IMG/VR virus record: IMGVR_UViG_3300019487_000002
Direction: 5' to 3' (one strand)
Source of the DNA: a virus
Length of the DNA stretch: 64,000 nucleotides
Part shown: in pieces, positions 35,382 through 44,897 of the stretch
How the letters are laid out: each line of letters opens with the position of its first letter
Position numbering within the stretch: the first letter of the stretch is position 1
Made by a program: the position numbers and the translations under genes
The notes under the pieces: model-generated
What the model saw: the letters and a program-made list of their open reading frames with translations, nothing else
What the model was told of the DNA's origin: nothing
The model's database searches: none

Positions 35382-36429
35382 CGATGGTCATATCGGCGAA
35401 TATGCAGAAGGAAGCATTGATCCAGGAACAGGGTTGAATACTCGCCTTCTTGATACTCTCGATGTTTGGGACTGGGCGCTCACACTTGCCAAACAAGAAC
35501 GTGCAGACTTAGTAGTATTTGGTGGCGACCGTTTTAAACCTCACAACCCTCCCATGTGGATGCGTGACCTTGCCGATGAACGTTTAAATCGTTTTCGGCA
35601 AGAAGAAATGCCGATAGCTTGTCTTCTTGGCAATCACGACATATATGACAAGACCGGGAAGTGGCATAGCTTCCGTGGGGTCCAAACGTGGAACAAGAAT
35701 CTCATAAGCATCTTTGATAAGCCCGGAATACTTGATTACGACGGTATTGTCTTTTCTTTTCTTCCTTTTGGATACCGCGAATTAGATCGAGGATACTCCC
35801 ACACCGATAAAAACATTTTGTTCTTTCATGATTCCATTATTGGAATGTCGAGGGACGGTAAATATACCGCCAATTCCGGTATTCAACGGGAAGCACTGGA
35901 TAAAGATGAATTCTCTTTAATCCTTGGGGGACATATTCATTTACGACAAGAGCTAGCCTTTCACAATGCTCCTGCGCTTCATATTGGCACACCTTTGGAG
36001 CGCATACAGGACGGAGACCAAGGGCCAAAAGGGGCTCTTATTGTGTATATTGACAAGGAAGTCTCGCTTAAATTCGTAGAATCACCATTCCCAAAGGTTC
36101 TCCATTTTGTGAAGACGTGGAGAGGTGATCTAGATGAAATGCTGCAATTTGATCGACCAGTAGCCAGCAATGTCGTCATGTTACTCATAGAGCATGGCGG
36201 TGATGCGCCTTCATCTATCCGTCGAGAGCTAGAAAAGAGAATTCTCAGCCTTGGTGCTTTTTCGGCGCGGGTGCGCCTACAAGCCAAAGTCGCGCCGCCA
36301 TTGAATACGAATGCAAAAGTAGACAAGAAAACTTCTATCGGAGACCAGCTTATCTCTTACGCGAGCCAGGTTGAAAGCGACAGCGAAGTGTTACAGCACA
36401 TGAAAGAAATTCGAGAACGGATCGGATAA
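35362..36429 (+). CDS. sbcD: SbcD/Mre11-type nuclease
   Basis: Phosphoesterase motifs SDGHIG, GGDRF, GNHD and GGHIH. Confidence 0.85.
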   Translation: MRLIVFSDGHIGEYAEGSIDPGTGLNTRLLDTLDVWDWALTLAKQERADLVVFGGDRFKPHNPPMWMRDLADERLNRFRQEEMPIACLLGNHDIYDKTGKWHSFRGVQTWNKNLISIFDKPGILDYDGIVFSFLPFGYRELDRGYSHTDKNILFFHDSIIGMSRDGKYTANSGIQREALDKDEFSLILGGHIHLRQELAFHNAPALHIGTPLERIQDGDQGPKGALIVYIDKEVSLKFVESPFPKVLHFVKTWRGDLDEMLQFDRPVASNVVMLLIEHGGDAPSSIRRELEKRILSLGAFSARVRLQAKVAPPLNTNAKVDKKTSIGDQLISYASQVESDSEVLQHMKEIRERIG

Positions 36430-38444
36430 TGCAGATTGGAAAGCTGGAAATAGAGGGCTACCGCTCTTACGGCGAATGTCAGGTAATCGAATTTCTCCCC
36501 GGTCACTTATACATTCTTACTGGAGAGAATAGAGATCGAGGAAAGTCGTCAGCGGCCGGCAAATCATCTATCTTCAAGGCCATTACTACCGTACTGTTTG
36601 ATGAGAATGATGACGATTCAACGAATGATAGAGCGATCAATACCATCGTTCCTGAAATGGGGTGTCGTGTAGCACTTTCATTTACCGATGACTATGGAAA
36701 TCACTTTTACGTTGTGTATGCCCGTCAGCACCCGGTAGAAGGCACGCATTGGACGCTGTACCGATGGAACGGGGAAGCGTGGGAAGCCAAGAAAGGCGCT
36801 CGTGAAAAGGACACCAAGAAGATCATTCATGAAGTCATTAAGATGACGTATGACCAATTCGTGAATCAAGCCTATATCCCACAATCCAAAGTCGCAGACT
36901 TCATTGGTCGGACTGATAAAGAACGAAAGGAAATTTTTGGTAATATCCTTGGCTTAGATGAGTGCGATAAATATGCTAAAGCCGCCGGTGATTGGCGAAA
37001 AGAGGTTGAAAAGAATCTCACCAAAGGTGAAGGAGCCTTGGCTTTACTAAATCAACAGATTGAAACCGCTAAGAAGGCTGTCCCTGCCGTTGACAGTGTG
37101 TCCGAAAAGGACCGTCTCAATGCACTCAACGGGAAATTTGAAGCTATTCGAGTACAGATAGAAGAATTAGATAAGGAGCTTGAAAAGCTCAAGATTATCA
37201 GAGAACTCAAGTCTAAAGAAAAACTTCTTTCCCGGCAAGCGGACGAAGCTGAACGAAAAGTAAAGGCCGCCTATTCTCAGCTATACTTGAAAAGTTCAGA
37301 GGTACTCAGTAATGAACACGAGAGGTTAATAGAGCAGGTGGAGGATTTACGGCAACGTTATTCTGAAGTAAATGCTGAATGCCTTCTTGCTGAAAAGAAC
37401 CTCCACAAGTCGCAGGCTCTATCCGAGACATGCCTGGAATGCGAACAGAAAATATCCTCTGAAACGAAAAAGGAACAGGTTAAACGATACCAGCTTCTAT
37501 TCAATACCCTGAAGACGAAAAGAGAGGGTCTAGAGCAAGCTCGGGATGCTGCCATTGAAGAACTGGCCGAAAATGAAACCACGTTACGAGAATCTCAGCA
37601 GAAAGAGATTTACTATTACACTTTTCACAGCCAGTGGAGCGCAATTCTTAAAGAATTGAACGAAGTTCAGGCTTCCATCTCTGAGATAGAAGGTATAGTA
37701 GGAAACGGCATAAATATCCCTGAAGAAGTGGAAGCTGAACGAGACGCTTTACTTCAGGAGCGTATGACTCTCTCTAATGAGATTACCATTCTTTCCATGG
37801 CGTTGGACACTCACCAACGGTCTCTTGATAATTTAGCTCAATTGGAGTTCGCAATTAGCGAGCAATTAACTCGTAATCAGCACAACGAAAAACTAGCCAA
37901 TCAGCTTAGGCGCTGCGAAGAAATCATCGGTGATAAAGGCTTCAAGTCCTACAAGATTCACTCTAGCCGTGATTCGTTCAACAATTCAATCGCCGAGTAC
38001 CTCTCTATTCTCACCGAAGGCGAAGTGAACGCGGAGCTTGTCACGGAAGTTCCAAAAGCAGACGGGAAAGGTATGAAGACTGAACTAGATATTCTTGTCA
38101 AAGACGGAGCTAAAAAACAGGTTCCTATTAAACAATATTCTGGAGGAGAAAAGGCTTCTATCGGATTAGCGATAACAGGTGCCTTTGGCGATTTATCGAA
38201 GGAACAAGCGGATTCAAGTGTCAATCTTCTCTTGCTGGATGAACCATTTGCTAATTTGGATTCTTATGGTGAAACTCAAATGTGCAAGCTTCTTGAAAAG
38301 CTCACAGAAAATGATAGAATCGTGTTAGTGGTAACGAATCATCTTGGAGTTAAGGATAAAGCAAAATTTGATCGAGAGATTCGAGCAGTGAAAGAAAACC
38401 ATATTTCACGAATCGAAGAATACGATCTCTCAGAGGAACATTAA
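36429..38444 (+). CDS. sbcC: SbcC/Rad50-type ATPase
   Basis: N-terminal P-loop AAGKSSIFKAI, a long coiled coil with a CLEC zinc hook, signature SGGEKASIGLA, and Walker B LLLDEPF. Confidence 0.85.
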   Translation: MQIGKLEIEGYRSYGECQVIEFLPGHLYILTGENRDRGKSSAAGKSSIFKAITTVLFDENDDDSTNDRAINTIVPEMGCRVALSFTDDYGNHFYVVYARQHPVEGTHWTLYRWNGEAWEAKKGAREKDTKKIIHEVIKMTYDQFVNQAYIPQSKVADFIGRTDKERKEIFGNILGLDECDKYAKAAGDWRKEVEKNLTKGEGALALLNQQIETAKKAVPAVDSVSEKDRLNALNGKFEAIRVQIEELDKELEKLKIIRELKSKEKLLSRQADEAERKVKAAYSQLYLKSSEVLSNEHERLIEQVEDLRQRYSEVNAECLLAEKNLHKSQALSETCLECEQKISSETKKEQVKRYQLLFNTLKTKREGLEQARDAAIEELAENETTLRESQQKEIYYYTFHSQWSAILKELNEVQASISEIEGIVGNGINIPEEVEAERDALLQERMTLSNEITILSMALDTHQRSLDNLAQLEFAISEQLTRNQHNEKLANQLRRCEEIIGDKGFKSYKIHSSRDSFNNSIAEYLSILTEGEVNAELVTEVPKADGKGMKTELDILVKDGAKKQVPIKQYSGGEKASIGLAITGAFGDLSKEQADSSVNLLLLDEPFANLDSYGETQMCKLLEKLTENDRIVLVVTNHLGVKDKAKFDREIRAVKENHISRIEEYDLSEEH

Positions 38445-38641
38445 TGGCTAAAAAGGCAAAGAAAGATTATAGCGCCTACGTTAGACTCAACGCACTCTTA
38501 AGCTTCACGGTAAGTGGGGAATCTCCCGAAGATGCTCTTGCAAGAGCCCGCGAAGAAGTAAAAACTACTCGCTTCGTTGATGAGGCTATTGAGTATGTAG
38601 ACGGTACCGAAATTCTAACAGGAATAGTGGAGAACGAATAA
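38444..38641 (+). CDS. hypothetical protein
   Basis: 65-aa ORF with ATGA-type junctions. Confidence 0.5.
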   Translation: MAKKAKKDYSAYVRLNALLSFTVSGESPEDALARAREEVKTTRFVDEAIEYVDGTEILTGIVENE

Positions 38642-38928
38642 TGGCACGCACGAGTAAATTTACTGTCGTTACCAACCGGAACGACCCCAGCACAGTAAGA
38701 ATGTTTTCAAAGCTGGAGGAAGCACAAGCGTTTGTAGGACCAGAATATGACCAAAAGGGGTTTGTATTAACCACCTTTGAGAAAAAGACCGAAACCTTCT
38801 TTAGTGTCGTAGAAGATGAAACTGAAAGCCCAATGTCTGCGTGGGATCGTGAAGAATTGGCACAGGAAGAACTTCAAGAAGAACAGCGCGCAGAGGATCG
38901 GAGAGCCCGTCAATTTGTGAGGGAGTAA
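38641..38928 (+). CDS. hypothetical protein
   Basis: 95-aa ORF. Confidence 0.5.
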   Translation: MARTSKFTVVTNRNDPSTVRMFSKLEEAQAFVGPEYDQKGFVLTTFEKKTETFFSVVEDETESPMSAWDREELAQEELQEEQRAEDRRARQFVRE

Positions 38929-39413
38929 TGAAAGACCTACAGTATCTCCGTCAGGCTTATGAAGAAGCCAAGTGCTTAAGCACTGACCCCAGTACCCAAA
39001 ACGGCTCGGTCCTCGTCAATCCAATCGGTATTGTGATTGCTACTGCCGCCAATCACTTCCCTTACGGTGTAAAAGAAACACCGGAACGTTGGGATCGTCC
39101 GTTGAAATATCACTACGTCGAGCATGCTGAGAGGAATGCTCTCTACAAAGCCGCTCGGATGGGCCATAAGACAGAAGGGGCAACGATGTATGTTCCTTGG
39201 TTTGCCTGTGCGGATTGCGCTCGCGGAATTATACAGTGTGGGGTAGAGGAAGTGGTAGGACACCAGAAAATGTACGACGGCACACCTGACCGATGGAAGG
39301 AAAGTATCCACGCGGCGTGGGAAATGCTGGACGAAGCGGGAGTTAAACATCGTCTTGTGGTGGCGGATTTCGGAATTAAAATTCGATTCAATGGTGAGGA
39401 ATGGGTCTCCTAA
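38928..39413 (+). CDS. dCMP deaminase
   Basis: VEHAERNAL (HAE) and PWFACADCARGI (PCxxC zinc site). Confidence 0.8.
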   Translation: MKDLQYLRQAYEEAKCLSTDPSTQNGSVLVNPIGIVIATAANHFPYGVKETPERWDRPLKYHYVEHAERNALYKAARMGHKTEGATMYVPWFACADCARGIIQCGVEEVVGHQKMYDGTPDRWKESIHAAWEMLDEAGVKHRLVVADFGIKIRFNGEEWVS

Positions 39414-39634
39414 TGACTCACGTTACCGTCTTGATTGAAGAAGACAATCACGGTGTCGATAAACTTTACCTTCCACGCAAGACCAAGATTGCTCGATTGG
39501 CATTCCCCAGCGATAGGAAGGTAGATACAGTGCGCGTGGGATGCGACGACGGTAGTTACATTTTCGCTAATATTATGAATATGGTCCCAGAGGATGAAAA
39601 TGCCAGTAAGCCGGAACAAAAGAAAAGACGGTAA
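39413..39634 (+). CDS. hypothetical protein
   Basis: ATG 39413 overlaps the deaminase stop (TAATG). Confidence 0.5.
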   Translation: MTHVTVLIEEDNHGVDKLYLPRKTKIARLAFPSDRKVDTVRVGCDDGSYIFANIMNMVPEDENASKPEQKKRR

Positions 39635-39723
39635 GCGTCATAAGAATAAGCGCCGACATTTGAGCACGCAGGAAATTATCCTTGCGAATCTCATTCGAGT
39701 CGGTAAAATTAAGACAGAGAAAA

Positions 39724-40263
39724 ATGAAGAAGCGGTCGCCAGTATTGACGCCGCTCCTAAGGAAGAACATGCTCACGAAGTCTGCGAAAGCGAAGGGACG
39801 ACGGCTCCAGCAAGCAGTAGTCCAGAAGATACGAGTAACGCATAATCTATCTGCCGACGACGTAGCCTCAACCACTATGGGTGAATCGGGCTGCGATGTT
39901 AAGCTTTCGAGTGCTGCCAAAGCGAAATTCCCTTTTGCGGTGGAATGTAAGAATCAAGAAAATCTTAATATTTGGGCTGCTCTCCGTCAAGCTGAAGACC
40001 ACGCTACCAAAAGTAACACGGTTCCTCTAGTTGTCTTTACTCGCAACCGCTCGCAAGTATATGTAGCGTTACCTTTAGATGATTTCCTTCTTATCCAAGG
40101 CAGTTCCCAACTCACGATAGTTCCAGGTGGATATAAAGAAGAATCTCTTTCGGGATTCCCCGGATATGCGGGTGATCCGCCAACCGCTTCCAATTACGAA
40201 GAAATGATGGAAAGGTCTCATAGAGAACTAAATAAAGTCAAATATAACAAGGAGACTAAGTAA
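39724..40263 (+). CDS. PD-(D/E)XK nuclease, resolvase-like
   Basis: GCDVKL...FAVECKN gives the D...ExK motif. The start is uncertain (TTG 39682, ATG 39724 or ATG 39769). Confidence 0.5.
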   Translation: MKKRSPVLTPLLRKNMLTKSAKAKGRRLQQAVVQKIRVTHNLSADDVASTTMGESGCDVKLSSAAKAKFPFAVECKNQENLNIWAALRQAEDHATKSNTVPLVVFTRNRSQVYVALPLDDFLLIQGSSQLTIVPGGYKEESLSGFPGYAGDPPTASNYEEMMERSHRELNKVKYNKETK

Positions 40264-40733
40264 TGCCCTACGTTCCCAGCGAAAAAACGAATCCTCCCGC
40301 AACAGATAGGAAGCAATTAGAACCATTTGCAGAATCCGTTGCCGATACAATTGCAGGCGTCGCAGCTAAGTATGGCTATGAAGGTGCCTTTGCCGGCGAG
40401 CTTAATTATTTCCTAACACGCTTGTTAAACCACCTTCCGCGTTCTTTGGTAAACGCGGGGGTTCTCAAAGAAGAAATACGGTATTGGATACAGCCACTTA
40501 TGTACGGTGTTCTTTTGGACGTAGCTCTAGAACACAAGCGTCGAGTTAACGTATCTTATGAAGCGGCTCAAATCGTTAAGTCTGGAGATTGTTACGACAC
40601 TCCATACTACACTCGATTGGTTGAAGTGGTTGACCAAGACGGAAATCATATGGGGTACCAGGAGGTTATGTTGAAGCGCGGTGAAGACACTCTAACGAAA
40701 GATGTAGTTGGTAAAATTACGGTGAGGAAATAA
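40263..40733 (+). CDS. hypothetical protein
   Basis: 156-aa ORF. Confidence 0.6.
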   Translation: MPYVPSEKTNPPATDRKQLEPFAESVADTIAGVAAKYGYEGAFAGELNYFLTRLLNHLPRSLVNAGVLKEEIRYWIQPLMYGVLLDVALEHKRRVNVSYEAAQIVKSGDCYDTPYYTRLVEVVDQDGNHMGYQEVMLKRGEDTLTKDVVGKITVRK

Positions 40734-40734
40734 C

Positions 40735-41196
40735 ATGAAGGTATATCTTGCAGGTACCATTGCTACTACTGATGACTATTTCCAGAGATGGCGTCTAGAT
40801 GCGTGTAAGTTTCTCAAGAATCATGGGGTGATGCCCCTGTCGCCGCTGTCTCAAAAAGAAGCGGGAACATCACAAGATGGAGGGATTACATCAGCCATTC
40901 CGAACGATGCCATTCTTATGCGAGACTATGCAATGGTGAAATCTTCTCACTTAGTCCTTGCGAATTTGAAGATCATTGGCGACAAAGGAAAAGTAGAAAA
41001 GCCAATCATTGGTACTTTCTTCGAAATGGCGTGGGCTTGGGAAGCGAATAAACCTATTATTGCAGTTGTAGAACCTGACAATTATTTATTCAATATGCAC
41101 CCGTTCCTAGCAAAGACTATAACACAAAAGTTCCCTACTCTCGAAGATGCACTGGATAATATCGTGAGCTACTGGAACTGGCATTATGAAAAGTAA
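40735..41196 (+). CDS. nucleoside 2-deoxyribosyltransferase-like protein
   Basis: MKVYLAG N-terminus and GTFFEMAWAWEANKPIIAVV. Confidence 0.65.
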   Translation: MKVYLAGTIATTDDYFQRWRLDACKFLKNHGVMPLSPLSQKEAGTSQDGGITSAIPNDAILMRDYAMVKSSHLVLANLKIIGDKGKVEKPIIGTFFEMAWAWEANKPIIAVVEPDNYLFNMHPFLAKTITQKFPTLEDALDNIVSYWNWHYEK

Positions 41197-41377
41197 AGAA
41201 ATACTACGCATTTTCGATTCTGCATGCACTGAATTCGAAGAAGGAATGAAAAACCTTCGTTTCAATACGATCAGCAAACTGCAAAACAAATTGAGGACAG
41301 CCTACACAAAAGACGAATTTTCTCATATTCTCAACACTGATAACGAGAGTGGGAAAAAAGTTCATTCCTCCAGATAA
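41186..41377 (+). CDS. hypothetical protein
   Basis: 63-aa ORF. Confidence 0.4.
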   Translation: MKSKEILRIFDSACTEFEEGMKNLRFNTISKLQNKLRTAYTKDEFSHILNTDNESGKKVHSSR

Positions 41378-42278
41378 GAATACAATTGTAGCCAATATAA
41401 ACCCCTGGTTAAAAGGCTTCATTCACAAAGAATACGGTACTCATACCAATCCAGATGATAGAGCAGATTTGGAACAGGAGGGGTATGTCAACCTCCTTAA
41501 TCTGCTTGCCAAGATGGATAAGCAACCTCCCCGGTTTGATTCGGAAGAGGATTTTTATTTTTACATCAAAGCAGTAATCCGTAACGCTATTCGGGATTAT
41601 ATTCTCAAATTCCGCTCGCGTTTCGGTATCTCTCTATTCAAACTTCGTCGAGAGTTAAAAGGCAAAGACGAGACGGACAATAAGATCGAGAAGCGCCTAG
41701 GTGATTTCATGAATTCTGTGGGCGAGGAGTATGTGTATCTCACAGAATCTCCAATAGAAGATTCTATTGAATACAGTGTTCGGCAACGGCGTTTAAGCTT
41801 GTTGAGTCAAGCCGCACATAACTGCCGAGACTTAGCACCAGAAGACGCGAAGAAACTCCTTTTCGATGTTATAGAGGAGTACAAGAAGACGGAATCAGTG
41901 GGGGTGGCTTTCGAACCTCCTGAACCTCAAGAAATTCCCAATACCGTTAACATTCCGTCCATCACGGGGCAGTTCTTTAAACGAACACCTGTACCTGGAC
42001 GGAAGACTGAAAAGAAGTGTGCGAGTCGGTTTTGTGACAACGATCTTCACCCTTCTAAGATTATTCTCGAAAAAGGTTTTGGATATTGTTCAAAACGCTG
42101 CAAGAAGGAGTGGCCCCCGAGTATTAACAAGATTCAATCCTCTTATGGCAATACTCCTATTGAAGTAATCTTGGTTATTTCCTTGAAATTGTTTAAATCC
42201 AAGAGACGCGCCGCTGAAATACTTGATGTGAGTGTCACAACGTTTGAAAAACTGTCTACTAAGTTTAGTATTGAATAA
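41349..42278 (+). CDS. sigma70-family-like transcription factor with Cys-rich insert
   Basis: Region-2-like DLEQEGYVNLLNLLAKMD...FYFYIKAVIRNAIRDYI; Cys cluster CASRFC..CSKRC; C-terminal HTH-like RRAAEILDVSVTTFEKL. GTG start. Confidence 0.5.
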   Translation: MGKKFIPPDKNTIVANINPWLKGFIHKEYGTHTNPDDRADLEQEGYVNLLNLLAKMDKQPPRFDSEEDFYFYIKAVIRNAIRDYILKFRSRFGISLFKLRRELKGKDETDNKIEKRLGDFMNSVGEEYVYLTESPIEDSIEYSVRQRRLSLLSQAAHNCRDLAPEDAKKLLFDVIEEYKKTESVGVAFEPPEPQEIPNTVNIPSITGQFFKRTPVPGRKTEKKCASRFCDNDLHPSKIILEKGFGYCSKRCKKEWPPSINKIQSSYGNTPIEVILVISLKLFKSKRRAAEILDVSVTTFEKLSTKFSIE

Positions 42279-42362
42279 TATGATAAGTAACAAACACAAC
42301 GATTTTCGTTTCCTGCCTTCCGAAAAATAGTTTAAATATCGGATCATATCTTAGGAGGAAAC

Positions 42363-42989
42363 ATGGGAACGACTCGCTTTAATTGGGAAAGTCTACGAGA
42401 GTGGGTAGACGGCCGTAATAATGAGCATATCGTGCTGACTGCTCAAACAGTCATTAAAAGGTCAGACTTGGAAAAGGTAGGCGGGTTATTCCGCGTGAGA
42501 GACGATTATGAAACAGTCTGGAAAATGGAAGCAGGAGAGGATGGGCGCTCCTACATCACTCGAATTGGAGAGGAAGGAACCGAAGAAAGGATACTTGTCT
42601 CCGAGGATGATTCGTCAGAGAATTACTCGAAAACTGCCTATCGCACGATAAAAGAGGGTCTTGCTCATATCGTATGGGAATGTGAGGAGTGTAATACTCC
42701 AAACATCACCAAAGAAGGAAACAAGTACGAATGTGACGGTTGCCACCATCAGTTTCCTGAAGTCCTTAGTCATAATCCAAAACCAGAAGTCTATGACCGT
42801 GCTGCCGTTGCTGAGCTATACGGCGATTGGGCTGTAGAGAAGATGCGTCGAGAAGGCATCAACAAGATCAACGCAGACCTTTTGGAAATGTGGAAGAAAG
42901 AAGCGGGCGGGGCGGATTGTCCACGCTGGGGTGACTATGTTGACCCCATGTTCAAAGAGAAGCACAAGAAAAACTGTCCAGGGGCGTAA
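42363..42989 (+). CDS. hypothetical zinc-ribbon protein
   Basis: SD AGGAGG; CEECN...CDGC. Confidence 0.6.
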   Translation: MGTTRFNWESLREWVDGRNNEHIVLTAQTVIKRSDLEKVGGLFRVRDDYETVWKMEAGEDGRSYITRIGEEGTEERILVSEDDSSENYSKTAYRTIKEGLAHIVWECEECNTPNITKEGNKYECDGCHHQFPEVLSHNPKPEVYDRAAVAELYGDWAVEKMRREGINKINADLLEMWKKEAGGADCPRWGDYVDPMFKEKHKKNCPGA

Positions 42990-43261
42990 TGAAACTCAGT
43001 AAAAAAGCCTTTCAGAAGCATGCTGATCCGAACGCTTACGGCGGTGGAGTAGCGCCGATGGCTGGAGGCGGCAATTCTACGGGCGGTGGAGCCTCAGGCG
43101 GGCAAGTTAACCCCAATTACACAGCCGGTCCTTCTATCGCTGCACCGGATGGCATCGGAAATTGGAAGTGTCAGTTTCCCAATTGCCGCAGAACGTTTTC
43201 TAACGGAGGGGATTTCCGAGATCACTTGTGGAAAGATCACGAAGTCCGAGACATTGGGTAA
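42989..43261 (+). CDS. Gly-rich protein with one canonical C2H2 zinc finger
   Basis: WKCQFPNCRRTFSNGGDFRDHLWKDH fits C-x4-C-x3-F-x5-F-x2-H-x4-H. Confidence 0.6.
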   Translation: MKLSKKAFQKHADPNAYGGGVAPMAGGGNSTGGGASGGQVNPNYTAGPSIAAPDGIGNWKCQFPNCRRTFSNGGDFRDHLWKDHEVRDIG

Positions 43262-43905
43262 TGGCTAACGACGCAAGCATTCCAGCCGCAATCATCTTCA
43301 TTGATTCTCTAGGCACAACCCTTCCCTTCAGGAATCGGTTCACCTTCAAAGAACTCGATGACTTCTGTAAAAAAGAAGGCATAGCGGGAATCTCTAATGG
43401 TGAAGTTTCCGAGCCTGATCTAATTAAGATTGCCTACTTTGTGGAAGGCATTACTAATGGTCATGTCAAGATTGTAGCCGGGCCGACCGAGAGCAAGGTT
43501 CGTAGCCCATTATCAAAGATTGATCTCCACATTGCACATAGAAAAGCTGAAAACGAATGCAAGCGTTGTGGCGATCCTTCCGGTGACAAGATGCTTTGCG
43601 AAGGCTGCACGCAAGCCATTGAATTCAAACGCCAAGCTGCGGAAACTGTACGAGATTCTGTCGAACCGATACGTCTCTTTGCTCACGCCCAGTTAAAAGA
43701 TGGTCCGCTAGTTCACGTAGTAGAGATTCGTGGCGACCGGTACATCGGCGTAGATGATGATTTCGTCGCGCACGAATTCAAAACTTCTGAAGTAAATAAT
43801 TACACCAATATGGAAGAACCTCTGATGCGCTATGGATCATGTGATCTATGCGGGACGGAGAAGTTTGACCCAACTTGCGCGAATTGTGGTAATCATGCCG
43901 CGTAA
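43261..43905 (+). CDS. hypothetical protein
   Basis: ATG 43261 overlaps the upstream stop. Contains Cys pairs (CKRCG..CEGC, CDLCG..CANCG). Confidence 0.6.
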   Translation: MANDASIPAAIIFIDSLGTTLPFRNRFTFKELDDFCKKEGIAGISNGEVSEPDLIKIAYFVEGITNGHVKIVAGPTESKVRSPLSKIDLHIAHRKAENECKRCGDPSGDKMLCEGCTQAIEFKRQAAETVRDSVEPIRLFAHAQLKDGPLVHVVEIRGDRYIGVDDDFVAHEFKTSEVNNYTNMEEPLMRYGSCDLCGTEKFDPTCANCGNHAA

Positions 43906-44371
43906 CTACAAAAGACCTAGACCGGAAAAGCTATACGGTGAAGCTAACGCCCTGACCATTGCCGGCGTTGGTCGTAATAAGCTCATCTCATTCGTGGCCG
44001 AATTGGGACTTCCGGTGTTCGCAACATGGAGCCACTTCAAGACGGATATCGAATCTCTATGGGCAGATGGCTCGCTAAGAAATGCCATTGCATATTTCTC
44101 TGGCAAGATGCAGGCCACTGGTCGAGATTCAAAATATGAGTTAGTCGTTCCTATTGTCATTCGAGAGGGTGTCCTGCTTGACCCCGCTATTTTCCGCACG
44201 GGAGAGAAAACGGATATTTTTACCAAAGAAGCTATTGATTCTCTATTTAGTACACAGCAATTCCCACGACCTATGTTGGACCGAGAGTACATATTTGCTC
44301 CTCCTCCATTGCCCGGTGTGATCCCCCCAAACAGAACACTCACGGACCCATATCGTCCACTGGTTCGATAA
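43895..44371 (+). CDS. hypothetical protein
   Basis: ATG 43895 (track start 43832). Confidence 0.55.
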   Translation: MPRNYKRPRPEKLYGEANALTIAGVGRNKLISFVAELGLPVFATWSHFKTDIESLWADGSLRNAIAYFSGKMQATGRDSKYELVVPIVIREGVLLDPAIFRTGEKTDIFTKEAIDSLFSTQQFPRPMLDREYIFAPPPLPGVIPPNRTLTDPYRPLVR

Positions 44372-44372
44372 C

Positions 44373-44897
44373 ATGAAATTGCTAAGAATTTTGATGCTGT
44401 TTTGCCTGCTTGTGTCAACAGGTAAAGCGGCTGATGACCCGTTCAAAGGATTCCCAGAAGAAGACCTTAATCGTCCTCCGTTCTTCTCGGAACTTCCGTG
44501 TGATGACGGGTATTTATTCGTGTACAAGTTCACACGAAATGTAAGCGAGCGCCAAGCCTTTTGGATGGTGAGTGCTCATATGGAAGTGGCAGAAACGCGG
44601 AAAATGAACCTTGCTCGCAAGACGTATATCGTTTCATTCAAAGGTCCAACTCGGACAGTCACCGTCACCGCTGACTTTTTGAAGAATGTTTTGGAATTGC
44701 GGCATGATTGGAATGGAAAAGATCACTTCTACGAAAAAGTATGGTATGGGGATATCAAACCTGCCATTGATTATCTCGCCGAAGGATATGAAGGCACACC
44801 AAAAATAAACAAAGGAAGACCTTCTAAAGAAGTCTATCCTCCTGTTGATCCATATGACCCATGTGCGGCGAAAAGACAGGAGGCACGAGAAACCTAA
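44373..44897 (+). CDS. hypothetical secreted protein
   Basis: N-terminal signal-like MKLLRILMLFCLLVSTGKA. Confidence 0.6.
   Translation: MKLLRILMLFCLLVSTGKAADDPFKGFPEEDLNRPPFFSELPCDDGYLFVYKFTRNVSERQAFWMVSAHMEVAETRKMNLARKTYIVSFKGPTRTVTVTADFLKNVLELRHDWNGKDHFYEKVWYGDIKPAIDYLAEGYEGTPKINKGRPSKEVYPPVDPYDPCAAKRQEARET

Noticed and set aside
39594-39845. 83-aa basic ORF overlapping both neighbours
   Set aside because: It overlaps the 39413-39634 gene by about 40 nt and the nuclease frame by at least 77 nt. It has no SD and a lysine/arginine-run composition. It cannot be excluded, but the nuclease frame is better supported.
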